DNA of 64,000 bases from Eledone cirrhosa (GCA_964016885.1 OZ024741.1:248248001-248312000), one strand, 5' to 3'; positions 39,918 through 55,844 are shown, numbered from the stretch's first letter. Numbers and translations are program-made. The notes: generated by a model not told the origin, from the letters alone.

Positions 39918-40276
39918 GAACTCAATTAAAAACTCAGTAAAAACTCAATTAAAAACTCAATTAAAAACTCAATCGAAGCACCATTAAAACACCATTAAAA
40001 ACTCCACTATAAACCCACTAAACCCATTAAAAACCAATTAAAAATTCAATTACACATCCCATTAGAAATTTCATTAAAAACTCAATTAAAAGTTCCATTG
40101 AAAACACATTCAAAACCCATTAACCCCATATTAAAAGTTTATAAAACTCTATTAAAAACCCAATAACAAACCAATTAAAACGCCATTAAAACGCCACAAA
40201 ACACAATAAAATGTCATAAAAACGCCATTAAAAGCCATATTATAAATTTCATAAAAAACAATTGAAAACCCCATTA

Positions 40277-43200
40277 TTTATGAGCCTTTTTTATGAGTTT
40301 TTAATAGTGTTTTAATTCAGTTTTTAATTGCGTTTAAAATTGGGTTTTAATGGCTTTTTAATGGTGTTTTAATGGAATTTTAATGGGATTTTCGATGGTG
40401 TTTAATGGGTTTTTTATGGAGTTTTTAATTGGGTTTTCAATGGTGTTGTTTATGAGTTTTTAAATGGGTTTTTAATGGAATTTTTGATTGCGTTTTTAAT
40501 GAAATTTTTAATAGATTCGAGGATGTTTTAATGGAGTTTTTAATGGTCTTTTTAATGGCGTTTTAATTGTGTTTTTATGGTGTTTAAATGCGTTTTAATG
40601 ATTTTTAATTGGGTTTTTAATGGAGTATTTTTAATGAGCTCTTAATGGATTTTTCAATTGGATACTTAATGGGTTTTAATGGAATTTATAATAAGGGTTC
40701 TAATTGACTTTAAATATGATTTTTAATGGAGTTTTTAATGAAATTTCTAATGGTGTTTTTAATTGCGTTTCCCCCCGTGAGGGTTTTAATGGCATTTTAA
40801 ATGACATTTTAATGAGTTTTTATGATGTTTTAATGGCGTTGTAATTGTTTTTTATTGGGTTTTTAATATAATTTTGTATGAGCTTTTAATGGGGGTTTTC
40901 AATGTTGTTTTTAATGGAGTGTTTAATGGAATTTTAATGGGGGTTTGATAAAAAAAATTAATTGCTTTTTAATTTAATTTTTAATGCGTTTTTGATGGTG
41001 TTTAAGTGCGTTCATGATGATCTTTTTAATGGATTTTTAATGGGGTTTTAATTGAATTTTTAATGGTGTTTTCAATGTAATTTTTAATGATAGTTTAATG
41101 GTGTTTTAATGACGTTTTAATTGTGTTTTTTATGGTGTTTTAGTGACGTTTAAATAGGATTTTTAATTGGTTTTTTAATTGAGTATTTATATGAGTTTTC
41201 ACTGGTGTTTTTAATGGGTTTTTCAATATTGCATTTAATGAAATTTTTAATATGGTTTCAAATGGAATTTTTAATGTGTTTTTAATTGGGTTTCTAGTGA
41301 CGTTTTTAATGGTACTTTAAATGACGTTTTAATGACTTTTATGGCGTTTTAATGGGTTTTTTAATTGGGTTTTTAATGTAGTTTTTTAAAAGATCTTTAC
41401 TTGGGATTTTATGGGTTTTCAATGCGGTTTTTAATGGTATATTAATGGAGTTTTTGGTGTGGTTGTTAATGGTATTAGTGACATTTTAATGTGTTTTTAA
41501 TGGTGTTTTAAGCGAGTTTCTGATTTAGTTTAAATTTAAATATTTGATGGTCCTTCTAATGGGCTTTAATGGATGTGTAATGTGTTTAATGCAATTTTAA
41601 TGGGGTTTAATGGGGGTAGTAGGTTTCAATGGGTTTTAATGGAGTTTTAATGGCTAGTGCTCTTTTTTTAAAGAGTTTTTAATGGTGTTTTTAATGGTTT
41701 TTCATTGAGCTTTTAATTGCGTTTTTAATTGCGTTTTTAATCTAGTTTAAAAATTGAGTTTTAATGGGTTTTTCAATTAGGTTTTTAATGGATTTATAAT
41801 GGTGTTTTTTACGGATCCTTTAATTTTTTATAATGGGTTTTCAATGCCGTTTTAATGGTGTTTTTTAATGGTATCCTTAATGACGCTTCGATAAGTTTCA
41901 ATGTTATTTTAATGGGGTTTTGATTGATTTTTTAATGGAGTTTTTTTAATGAACTTTTATTGGGGTTTTCAATCAGGTTTTTAACTGAATTTTTAATGTT
42001 TTTCAATTAGATTTTTATGGAGTTTTTATGGGCTTTTTAATGAGTTTTTAATGGTGTGCTAATTGAGTTTTCAATTACCTTTTTAATTGAGTATAAAATC
42101 GAGTTTTTACTAAGTTTTTAATGAATTTTTAATGGAATTTTAATGGGGGTTTCCAATGGACTTTTAATTGTGTTTTAATGGGGTTTTAAAATTGGTTTTT
42201 AGTTGCATTTTTCAGGGGCTTTTAATGGGGCTTAATGGGGGTTTAATGGGGGGATTTAATTGAGTTTTTAATGGAGTTTAATAGAGTTTATAATGGAGGT
42301 TTTAATGGAGTTTTTAATGAAGTTTTAATGTAGTTTTTAATGAGGTTTTTAATGACGATTTTAATGGCGTTCTTAATGTCGTTTTAATGGTATATTATGG
42401 CATTTTAATGACGGTTGTAATGGTTTTTAATGGAGTGTTAATTGGTTATTAATTGTATTTTAATGGGTTTTATGAGCTTTTTAATGGACTTTTTAGTGGT
42501 GTTTTTAATGGAGTTTTTAATGGGTCTTTTAATGGAATTTGCAATGTAGTTTTTAATGGTGTTTTCAATTGTATTTTTAATGACGATTTAATGGTGTTTT
42601 TTATGGCGTTTTAATAGGATTTTTAATTGGTTTTTTAAAGGACTATTATTATGGGTTTTTTATGTAATTTTATAATGGGATTTTCAGTAGGGTTTTTAAT
42701 TGGATTTTTAATGGAGTTTATAATATGGTTTTTAATTGGATTTTTAAAGAATTTATAATTGCGGTTTTAATATAGTGTTTAATGGAGTATTTAATTGGTT
42801 TTTAATGGTAATTTTAATGGAGTGTTTAATGTGTTTTTAATGGGGGAGGAGGGGGGTAAAATGCAGTTTTTAATTGAGTTATCAATGGAGTTTTTAATGA
42901 CATTTTTAATGACGTTTTAATAGCGTTTTATGACGTTTTAATGACGTTTTAATGGTTTTTTAATTGGGTTTTGGGAGTTTTTATGAGCTTCTAATTAGGT
43001 TTTAAATGGGGTTTTCAATGAGGTTTTTAGTGGAATTTTTAATGGGCCTTTAATGTATTTTTAATGGGATTTTAATGTTTTTTATGGCGTTTTTAATGGT
43101 ATTTTAAATGCTGTTTTAATGTTTCTTTTATGGCCTTTTAATTGGGTTTTTGATTGAGTTTTTAATGGATTTTTTTTAACGAGAATTATGAAGTTTAATG

Positions 43201-43529
43201 GGTTTCCAGTGTGTTTTAAATGAAGTTTTTGATAATATTTTTAATGGAATTTTAATGGGTTCTGGTGGTATTTTTGTGGGTTTTAATGGGGTGTTAAATG
43301 GTTTTAATGTTGTTTTACTTGCGCTTTCGATTACGTTTACAATTAAGTTTTTACTGTTTTTAATTGGATTTTTAATGGATATTAATGTGGTTTTTAATGG
43401 AATTTTAATGGTGTTTTAATATAGTTTTTAATTGGTTTCGGATGTAGCTTTTAATGGTGGTTTAGTGTGCTTTTTATTGGGTTTTTAATGAGTTTTTATG
43501 AGCTTTTCAATGGAGTTTTTAATGGTGTT
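40277..43529 (+). repeat. ~3.25 kb degenerate TTTTAATGG block; also 46,318-49,571, 52,337-55,590, 58,528-61,782
   Basis: Periodic T-tracts; copies between units are nearly identical although monomers within a block are very diverged. Confidence 0.92.
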
Positions 43530-43667
43530 TATATATATATATATATACATACATATATATGTATATATATATATTTACACATATATATGTGTATATATAT
43601 ATGTGTATATATATATTTACACATATATATGTGTATATATATATTTACACATATATATGTGTATTAA

Positions 43668-43698
<31 letters not shown>

Positions 43699-43699
43699 T

Positions 43700-43740
<41 letters not shown>

Positions 43741-43888
43741 TATATATATATATATATATATATATTAAATATATATATATATACATATATTAGATATATA
43801 TATATATATTAAATATATATATATATATATATATATATTAAATATATATATATATATATATTAAATATATATATATATATATATATAT

Positions 43889-43971
<83 letters not shown>

Positions 43972-44170
43972 CACTTTCATGTTACACACTATATATAAAC
44001 TGGGATTTATATTTTGCGTTAGTGCCATATTAAGCTGACAACGATATATTCGTATCTTAAAAAATATTTTTTTTAGATCACATTGTTCTAGATATTATTA
44101 AAATTATTAAATCTATTTTCAATTTGCACGAACACTTGCATATACTACATACATACATTTATATAGACAC

Positions 44171-44564
44171 TAACACAAATATTAGCATATACATAATTTC
44201 TTAGTCATTGAGGATGTGTTTTTATACATACATATGCATATTGCATACATACATACATACACACATACAAGCATATACATAGACATACACACACACATAT
44301 ATACACACACTGTATATATATATATACATACACACACACACACATATATATATACACACACACACTATATATATATATAGTGTGTGGTGTATATATATAT
44401 ATGTGTGTGTGTGTATGTATATATATACAGTGTGTGTATATATATGTGTGTGTATGTGTATGTATATGCTTGTATGTGTGTATGTATGGATGCAATATGC
44501 ATATGTATGTATAAAAAACACATCCTCAATTACTAAGAAAATATGTATATGCTAATATTTGTGT

Positions 44565-44566
<2 letters not shown>
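44171..44566. repeat. Quasi-palindrome, copy 2
   Basis: Same arms as 38,111-38,504. Confidence 0.93.
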
Positions 44567-44596
<30 letters not shown>

Positions 44597-44659
44597 CGCA
44601 CACACTATATATATATATATATATACATACACACTATATATATATATATACACACACAC

Positions 44660-44708
<49 letters not shown>

Positions 44709-45767
44709 AATCCCATTAAAAACCACATTAAAAATTCAATTAAAAATCTATTTTGAAAAACCCATTAAAAACCCCATTATAAGCTCATAAAACACTCCAT
44801 TAAAACCCCAACCAAACCCCCCATTAAAACACAATTAAAAATCATTAAGAATGCCAATAAAAGCGCCATTAAAAACCACATTGGAAACCCATAAAAACCC
44901 AATTAAAACAAAATTAAAGTTTCCATTAAAAGTCCCCATTAAAACTCCATTAAAACCCCCATTAACCCCCCCCCCTCGAAAAGACATTAAAACCTCAAAT
45001 TTAAACCGAAATAAAAACTCAATAAAAACGCAATTAAAAACTCAATTAAAACACCATTAAAAACAGAATTAAAAGCCCATTAAACCAATTAAAATTGCAT
45101 TAACACACCACTAAGGTTCCATTGGAAAACCATTAAAAATGTCATTAAAAACTACACTGAAAACCCATTAAACCCCTATTAAAAGCGCACCCAAAACTTT
45201 ATAAAAAACCAAATAAAAACCCCATTAAAATACCATTAAAACGGCATAAAACACAATTAAAACTACATTAAAACTCAATTAAAAATTCCATTTAAATCTC
45301 CATTATAAACTCAATTAAAACTCCATTAAAACTCAATTAAAAACTCCATTAAAAACACACACACATGAAGTTACATGCTGGCTTGCACACTTATAGCGAT
45401 TGCTATTTCCTTTTAATTTCATTAAAACTAGGATGTTTTAGAAAGATAAAAACAAAACTGAATAATGAAGAGACTAGGGAGGGGTAAAGAAAGGCAGATC
45501 AGGCTGTAGAGGACAGTAGGGGGAGAAGAGGGAAGAGACTTGGGAGGGGTAAAGAAAGGCAGATCTGGCTGTAGAGGACAGTAGGGGGAGAAGAGGGAGA
45601 AATAAACTAAATTATAAACTAAGTTATAAACTAAATTATAAACTAAATTAAAAACTCAATAAAATAAAATAAAATAAAATAAAATAAAATAAAATAAAAT
45701 AAAATAAAATAAAATAAAATAAAATAAAATAAAAAATAAAATAAAATAAAATAAAATAAAATAAAAT

Positions 45768-45799
<32 letters not shown>

Positions 45800-48700
45800 A
45801 ATAAAATAAAATAAAATAAAAAAAACTAAAAAATATAAATAAAATAAAATAAAATAAATAAAATAAAATAAAATAAAATAAAATAAATAAAAATAAAATA
45901 AAATAAAAAAAAATAAAAAAAAATTAAATATAAAAAATAAATAAAATAAAATAAAATAAGAACTCAATTAAAAACTCAGTAAAAACTCAATTAAAAACTC
46001 AATTAAAAACTCAATCGAAGCACCATTAAAACACCATTAAAAACTCCACTATAAACCCACTAAACCCATTAAAAACCAATTAAAAATTCAATTACACATC
46101 CCATTAGAAATTTCATTAAAAACTCAATTAAAAGTTCCATTGAAAACACATTCAAAACCCATTAACCCCATATTAAAAGTTCATAAAACTCTATTAAAAA
46201 CCCAATAACAAACCAATTAAAACGCCATTAAAACGCCACAAAACACAATAAAATGTCATAAAAACGCCATTAAAAGCCATATTATAAATTTCATAAAAAA
46301 CAATTGAAAACCCCATTATTTATGAGCCTTTTTTATGAGTTTTTAATAGTGTTTTAATTCAGTTTTTAATTGCGTTTAAAATTGGGTTTTAATGGCTTTT
46401 TAATGGTGTTTTAATGGAATTTTAATGGGATTTTCGATGGTGTTTAATGGGTTTTTTATGGAGTTTTTAATTGGGTTTTCAATGGTGTTGTTTATGAGTT
46501 TTTAAATGGGTTTTTAATGGAATTTTTGATTGCGTTTTTAATGAAATTTTTAATAGATTCGAGGATGTTTTAATGGAGTTTTTAATGGTCTTTTTAATGG
46601 CGTTTTAATTGTGTTTTTATGGTGTTTAAATGCGTTTTAATGATTTTTAATTGGGTTTTTAATGGAGTATTTTTAATGAGCTCTTAATGGATTTTTCAAT
46701 TGGATACTTAATGGGTTTTAATGGAATTTATAATAAGGGTTCTAATTGACTTTAAATATGATTTTTAATGGAGTTTTTAATGAAATTTCTAATGGTGTTT
46801 TTAATTGCGTTTCCCCCCGTGAGGGTTTTAATGGCATTTTAAATGACATTTTAATGAGTTTTTATGATGTTTTAATGGCGTTGTAATTGTTTTTTATTGG
46901 GTTTTTAATATAATTTTGTATGAGCTTTAATGGGGGTTTTCAATGTTGTTTTTAATGGAGTGTTTAATGGAATTTTAATGGGGGTTTGATAAAAAAAATT
47001 AATTGCTTTTTAATTTAATTTTTAATGCGTTTTTGATGGTGTTTAAGTGCGTTCATGATGATCTTTTTAATGGATTTTTAATGGGGTTTTAATTGAATTT
47101 TTAATGGTGTTTTCAATGTAATTTTTAATGATAGTTTAATGGTGTTTTAATGACGTTTTAATTGTGTTTTTTATGGTGTTTTAGTGACGTTTAAATAGGA
47201 TTTTTAATTGGTTTTTTAATTGAGTATTTATATGAGTTTTCACTGGTGTTTTTAATGGGTTTTTCAATATTGCATTTAATGAAATTTTTAATATGGTTTC
47301 AAATGGAATTTTTAATGTGTTTTTAATTGGGTTTCTAGTGACGTTTTTAATGGTACTTTAAATGACGTTTTAATGACTTTTATGGCGTTTTAATGGGTTT
47401 TTTAATTGGGTTTTTAATGTAGTTTTTTAAAAGATCTTTACTTGGGATTTTATGGGTTTTCAATGCGGTTTTTAATGGTATATTAATGGAGTTTTTGGTG
47501 TGGTTGTTAATGGTATTAGTGACATTTTAATGTGTTTTTAATGGTGTTTTAAGCGAGTTTCTGATTTAGTTTAAATTTAAATATTTGATGGTCCTTCTAA
47601 TGGGCTTTAATGGATGTGTAATGTGTTTAATGCAATTTTAATGGGGTTTAATGGGGGTAGTAGGTTTCAATGTGTTTTAATGGAGTTTTAATGGCTAGTG
47701 CTCTTTTTTTAAGAGTTTTTAATGGTGTTTTTAATGGTTTTTCATTGAGCTTTTAATTGCGTTTTTAATTGCGTTTTTAATCTAGTTTAAAAATTGAGTT
47801 TTAATGGGTTTTTCAATTAGGTTTTTAATGGATTTATAATGGTGTTTTTTTACGGATCCTTTAATTTTTTATAATGGGTTTTCAATGCCGTTTTAATGGT
47901 GTTTTTTAATGGTATCCTTAATGACGCTTCGATAAGTTTCAATGTTATTTTAATGGGGTTTTGATTGATTTTTTAATGGAGTTTTTTTAATGAACTTTTA
48001 TTGGGGTTTTCAATCAGGTTTTTAACTGAATTTTTAATGTTTTTCAATTAGATTTTTATGGAGTTTTTATGGGCTTTTTAATGAGTTTTTAATGGTGTGC
48101 TAATTGAGTTTTCAATTACCTTTTTAATTGAGTATAAAATCGAGTTTTTACTAAGTTTTTAATGAATTTTTAATGGAATTTTAATGGGGGTTTCCAATGG
48201 ACTTTTAATTGTGTTTTAATGGGGTTTTAAAATTGGTTTTTAGTTGCATTTTTCAGGGGCTTTTAATGGGGCTTAATGGGGGTTTAATGGGGGGATTTAA
48301 TTGAGTTTTTAATGGAGTTTAATAGAGTTTATAATGGAGGTTTTAATGGAGTTTTTAATGAAGTTTTAATGTAGTTTTTAATGAGGTTTTTAATGACGAT
48401 TTTAATGGCGTTCTTAATGTCGTTTTAATGGTATTTTATGGCATTTTAATGACGGTTGTAATGGTTTTTAATGGAGTGTTAATTGGTTATTAATTGTATT
48501 TTAATGGGTTTTATGAGCTTTTTAATGGACTTTTTAGTGGTGTTTTTAATGGAGTTTTTAATGGGTCTTTTAATGGAATTTGCAATGTAGTTTTTAATGG
48601 TGTTTTCAATTGTATTTTTAATGACGTTTTAATGGTGTTTTTTATGGCGTTTTAATAGGATTTTTAATTGGTTTTTTAAAGGACTATTATTATGGGTTTT

Positions 48701-49704
48701 TTATGTAATTTTATAATGGGATTTTCAGTAGGGTTTTTAATTGGATTTTTAATGGAGTTTATAATATGGTTTTTAATTGGATTTTTAAAGAATTTATAAT
48801 TGCGGTTTTAATATAGTGTTTAATGGAGTATTTAATTGGTTTTTAATGGTAATTTTAATGGAGTGTTTAATGTGTTTTTAATGGGGGAGGAGGGGGGTAA
48901 AATGCAGTTTTTAATTGAGTTATCAATGGAGTTTTTAATGACATTTTTAATGACGTTTTAATAGCGTTTTATGACGTTTTAATGACGTTTTAATGGTTTT
49001 TTAATTGGGTTTTGGGAGTTTTTATGAGCTTCTAATTAGGTTTTAAATGGGGTTTTCAATGAGGTTTTTAGTGGAATTTTTAATGGGCCTTTAATGTATT
49101 TTTAATGGGATTTTAATGTTTTTTATGGCGTTTTTAATGGTATTTTAAATGCTGTTTTAATGTTTCTTTTATGGCCTTTTAATTGGGTTTTTGATTGAGA
49201 TTTTAATGGATTTTTTTTAACGAGAAATATGAAGTTTAATGGGTTTCCAGTGTGTTTTAAATGAAGTTTTTGATAATATTTTTAATGGAATTTTAATGGG
49301 TTCTGGTGGTATTTTTGTGGGTTTTAATGGGGGTGTTAAATGGTTTTAATGTTGTTTTACTTGCGCTTTCGATTACGTTTACAATTAAGTTTTTACTGTT
49401 TTTAATTGGATTTTTAATGGATATTAATGTGGTTTTTAATGGAATTTTAATGGTGTTTTAATATAGTTTTTAATTGGTTTCGGATGTAGCTTTTAATGGT
49501 GGTTTAGTGTGCTTTTTATTGGGTTTTTAATGAGTTTTTATGAGCTTTTCAATGGAGTTTTTAATGGTGTTTATATATATATATATACATACATATATAT
49601 GTATATATATATATTTACACATATATATGTGTATATATATATGTGTATATATATATTTACACATATATATGTGTATATATATATTTACACATATATATGT
49701 GTAT

Positions 49705-49742
<38 letters not shown>

Positions 49743-49743
49743 T

Positions 49744-49784
<41 letters not shown>

Positions 49785-49924
49785 TATATATATATATATA
49801 TATATATATTAAATATATATATATATACATATATTAGATATATATATATATATATATTAAATATATATATATATATATATATATATTAAATATATATATA
49901 TATATATATATATTAAATATATAT

Positions 49925-49983
<59 letters not shown>

Positions 49984-50182
49984 CACTTTCATGTTACACA
50001 CTATATATAAACTGGGATTTATATTTTGCGTTAGTGCCATATTAAGCTGACAACGATATATTCGTATCTTAAAAAATATTTTTTTTAGATCACATTGTTC
50101 TAGATATTATTAAAATTATTAAATCTATTTTCAATTTGCACGAACACTTGCATATACTACATACATACATTTATATAGACAC

Positions 50183-50576
50183 TAACACAAATATTAGCAT
50201 ATACATAATTTCTTAGTCATTGAGGATGTGTTTTTATACATACATATGCATATTGCATACATACATACATACACACATACAAGCATATACATAGACATAC
50301 ACACACACATATATACACACACTGTATATATATATATACATACACACACACACACATATATATATACACACACACACTATATATATATATAGTGTGTGGT
50401 GTATATATATATATGTGTGTGTGTGTATGTATATATATACAGTGTGTGTATATATATGTGTGTGTATGTGTATGTATATGCTTGTATGTGTGTATGTATG
50501 GATGCAATATGCATATGTATGTATAAAAAACACATCCTCAATTACTAAGAAAATATGTATATGCTAATATTTGTGT

Positions 50577-50578
<2 letters not shown>
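50183..50578. repeat. Quasi-palindrome, copy 3
   Basis: Same arms as 38,111-38,504. Confidence 0.93.
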
Positions 50579-50608
<30 letters not shown>

Positions 50609-50671
50609 CGCACACACTATATATATATATATATATACATACACACTATATATATATATATACACACACAC

Positions 50672-50724
<53 letters not shown>

Positions 50725-51775
50725 AATCCCATTAAAAACCACATTAAAAATTCAATTAAAAATCTATTTTGAAAAACCCATTAAAAACCCCATTATAAGC
50801 TCATAAAACACTCCATTAAAACCCCAACCAAACCCCCCATTAAAACACAATTAAAAATCATTAAGAATGCCAATAAAAGCGCCATTAAAAACCACATTGG
50901 AAACCCATAAAAACCCAATTAAAACAAAATTAAAGTTTCCATTAAAAGTCCCCATTAAAACTCCATTAAAACCCCCATTAACCCCCCCTCGAAAAGACAT
51001 TAAAACCTCAAATTTAAACCGAAATAAAAACTCAATAAAAACGCAATTAAAAACTCAATTAAAACACCATTAAAAACACAATTAAAAGCCCATTAAACCA
51101 ATTAAAATTGCATTAACACACCACTAAGGTTCCATTGGAAAACCATTAAAAATGTCATTAAAAACTACACTGAAAACCCATTAAACCCCTATTAAAAGCG
51201 CACCCAAAACTTTATAAAAAACCAAATAAAAACCCCATTAAAATACCATTAAAACGGCATAAAACACAATTAAAACTACATTAAAACTCAATTAAAAATT
51301 CCATTTAAATCTCCATTATAAACTCAATTAAAACTCCATTAAAACTCAATTAAAAACTCCATTAAAAACACACACACATGAAGTTACATGCTGGCTTGCA
51401 CACTTATAGCGATTGCTATTTCCTTTTAATTTCATTAAAACTAGGATGTTTTAGAAAGATAAAAACAAAACTGAATAATGAAGAGACTAGGGAGGGGTAA
51501 AGAAAGGCAGATCAGGCTGTAGAGGACAGTAGGGGGAGAAGAGGGAAGAGACTTGGGAGGGGTAAAGAAAGGCAGATCTGGCTGTAGAGGACAGTAGGGG
51601 GAGAAGAGGGAGAAATAAACTAAATTATAAACTAAGTTATAAACTAAATTATAAACTAAATTAAAAACTCAATAAAATAAAATAAAATAAAATAAAATAA
51701 AATAAAATAAAATAAAATAAAATAAAATAAAATAAAATAAAAAATAAAATAAAATAAAATAAAATAAAATAAAAT

Positions 51776-51807
<32 letters not shown>

Positions 51808-54800
51808 AATAAAATAAAATAAAATAAAAAAAACTAAAAAATATAAATAAAATAAAATAAAATAAATAAAATAAAATAAAATAAAATAAAATAAAATAAA
51901 ATAAATAAAAATAAAATAAAATAAAAAAAAATAAAAAAAAATTAAATATAAAAAATAAATAAAATAAAATAAAATAAGAACTCAATTAAAAACTCAGTAA
52001 AAACTCAATTAAAAACTCAATTAAAAACTCAATCGAAGCACCATTAAAACACCATTAAAAACTCCACTATAAACCCACTAAACCCATTAAAAACCAATTA
52101 AAAATTCAATTACACATCCCATTAGAAATTTCATTAAAAACTCAATTAAAAGTTCCATTGAAAACACATTCAAAACCCATTAACCCCATATTAAAAGTTC
52201 ATAAAACTCTATTAAAAACCCAATAACAAACCAATTAAAACGCCATTAAAACGCCACAAAACACAATAAAATGTCATAAAAACGCCATTAAAAGCCATAT
52301 TATAAATTTCATAAAAAACAATTGAAAACCCCATTATTTATGAGCCTTTTTTATGAGTTTTTAATAGTGTTTTAATTCAGTTTTTAATTGCGTTTAAAAT
52401 TGGGTTTTAATGGCTTTTTAATGGTGTTTTAATGGAATTTTAATGGGATTTTCGATGCTGTTTAATGGGTTTTTTATGGAGTTTTTAATTGGGTTTTCAA
52501 TGGTGTTGTTTATGAGTTTTTAAATGGGTTTTTAATGGAATTTTTGATTGCGTTTTTAATGAAATTTTTAATAGATTCGAGGATGTTTTAATGGAGTTTT
52601 TAATGGTCTTTTTAATGGCGTTTTAATTGTGTTTTTATGGTGTTTAAATGCGTTTTAATGATTTTTAATTGGATTTTTAATGGAGTATTTTTAACGATGC
52701 TCTTAATGGATTTTTCAATTGGATACTTAATGGGTTTTAATGGAATTTATAATAAGGGTTCTAATTGACTTTAAATATGATTTTTAATGGAGTTTTTAAT
52801 GAAATTTCTAATGGTGTTTTTAATTGCGTTTCCCCCCGTGAGGGTTTTAATGGCATTTTAAATGACATTTTAATGAGTTTTTATGATGTTTTAATGGCGT
52901 TGTAATTGTTTTTTATTGGGTTTTTAATATAATTTTGTATGAGCTTTTAATGGGGGTTTTCAATGTTGTTTTTAATGGAGTGTTTAATGGAATTTTAATG
53001 GGGGTTTGATAAAAAAAATTAATTGCTTTTTAATTTAATTTTTAATGCGTTTTTGATGGTGTTTAAGTGCGTTCATGATGATCTTTTTAATGGATTTTTA
53101 ATGGGGTTTTAATTGAATTTTTAATGGTGTTTTCAATGTAATTTTTAATGATAGTTTAATGGTGTTTTAATGACGTTTTAATTGTGTTTTTTATGGTGTT
53201 TTAGTGACGTTTAAATAGGATTTTTAATTGGTTTTTTAATTGAGTATTTATATGAGTTTTCACTGGTGTTTTTAATGGGTTTTTCAATATTGCATTTAAT
53301 GAAATTTTTAATATGGTTTCAAATGGAATTTTTAATGTGTTTTTAATTGGGTTTCTAGTGACGTTTTTAATGGTACTTTAAATGACGTTTTAATGACTTT
53401 TATGGCGTTTTAATGGGTTTTTTAATTGGGTTTTTAATGTAGTTTTTTAAAAGATCTTTACTTGGGATTTTATGGGTTTTCAATGCGGTTTTTAATGGTA
53501 TATTAATGGAGTTTTTGGTGTGGTTGTTAATGGTATTAGTGACATTTTAATGTGTTTTTAATGGTGTTTTAAGCGAGTTTCTGATTTAGTTTAAATTTAA
53601 ATATTTGATGGTCCTTCTAATGGGCTTTAATGGATGTGTAATGTGTTTAATGCAATTTTAATGGGGTTTAATGGGGGTAGTAGGTTTCAATGGGTTTTAA
53701 TGGAGTTTTAATGGCTAGTGCTCTTTTTTTTAGAGTTTTTAATGGTGTTTTTAATGGGTTTTCATTCAGCTTTTAATTGCGTTTTTAATTGCGTTTTTAA
53801 TCTAGTTTAAAAATTGAGTTTTAATGGGTTTTTCAATTAGGTTTTTAATGGATTTATAATGGTGTTTTTTTACGGATCCTTTAATTTTTTATAATGGGTT
53901 TTCAATGCCGTTTTAATGGTGTTTTTTAATGGTATCCTTAATGACGCTTCGATAAGTTTCAATGTTATTTTAATGGGGTTTTGATTGATTTTTTAATGGA
54001 GTTTTTTTAATGAACTTTTATTGGGGTTTTCAATCAGGTTTTTAACTGAATTTTTAATGTTTTTCAATTAGATTTTTATGGAGTTTTTATGGGCTTTTTA
54101 ATGAGTTTTTAATGGTGTGCTAATTGAGTTTTCAATTACCTTTTTAATTGAGTATAAAATCGAGTTTTTACTAAGTTTTTAATGAATTTTTAATGGAATT
54201 TTAATGGGGGTTTCCAATGGACTTTTAATTGTGTTTTAATGGGGTTTTAAAATTGGTTTTTAGTTGCATTTTTCAGGGGCTTTTAATGGGGCTTAATGGG
54301 GGTTTAATGGGGGGATTTAATTGAGTTTTTAATGGAGTTTAATAGAGTTTATAATGTAGGTTTTAATGGAGTTTTTAATGAAGTTTTAATGTAGTTTTTA
54401 ATGAGGTTTTTAATGACGATTTTAATGGCGTTCTTAATGGCGTTTTAATGGTATTTTATGGCATTTTAATGACGGTTGTAATGGTTTTTAATGGAGTGTT
54501 AATTGGTTATTAATTGTATTTTAATGGGTTTTATGAGCTTTTTAATGGACTTTTTAGTGGTGTTTTTAATGGAGTTTTTAATGGGTCTTTTAATGGAATT
54601 TGCAATGTAGTTTTTAATGGTGTTTTCAATTGTATTTTTAATGACGTTTTAATGGTGTTTTTTATGGCGTTTTAATAGGATTTTTAATTGGTTTTTTAAA
54701 GGACTATTATTATGGGTTTTTTATGTAATTTTATAATGGGATTTTCAGTAGGGTTTTTAATTGGATTTTTAATGGAGTTTATAATATGGTTTTTAATTGG

Positions 54801-55725
54801 CTTTTTAAAGAATTTATAATTGCGGTTTTAATATAGTGTTTAATGGAGTATTTAATTGGTTTTTAATGGTAATTTTAATGGAGTGTTTAATGTGTTTTTA
54901 ATGGGGGAGGAGGGGGGTAAAATGCAGTTTTTAATTGAGTTATCAATGGAGTTTTTAATGACATTTTTAATGACGTTTTAATAGCGTTTTATGACGTTTT
55001 AATGACGTTTTAATGGTTTTTTAATTGGGTTTTGGGAGTTTTTATGAGCTTCTAATTAGGTTTTAAATGGGGTTTTCAATGAGGTTTTTAGTGGAATTTT
55101 TAATGGGCCTTTAATGTATTTTTAATGGGATTTTAATGTTTTTTATGGCGTTTTTAATGGTATTTTAAATGCTGTTTTAATGTTTCTTTTATGGCCTTTT
55201 AATTGGGTTTTTGATTGAGTTTTTAATGGATTTTTTTTAACGAGAATTATGAAGTTTAATGGGTTTCCAGTGTGTTTTAAATGAAGTTTTTGATAATATT
55301 TTTAATGGAATTTTAATGGGTTCTGGTGGTATTTTTGTGGGTTTTAATGGGGTGTTAAATGGTTTTAATGTTGTTTTACTTGCGCTTTCGATTACGTTTA
55401 CAATTAAGTTTTTACTGTTTTTAATTGGATTTTTAATGGATATTAATGTGGTTTTTAATGGAATTTTAATGGTGTTTTAATATACTTTTTAATTGGTTTC
55501 GGATGTAGCTTTTAATGGTGGTTTAGTGTGCTTTTTATTGGGTTTTTAATGAGTTTTTATGAGCTTTTCAATGGAGTTTTTAATGGTGTTTATATATATA
55601 TATATATACATACATATATATGTATATATATATATTTACACATATATATGTGTATATATATATGTGTATATATATATTTACACATATATATGTGTATATA
55701 TATATTTACACATATATATGTGTAT

Positions 55726-55771
<46 letters not shown>

Positions 55772-55772
55772 T

Positions 55773-55844
<72 letters not shown>

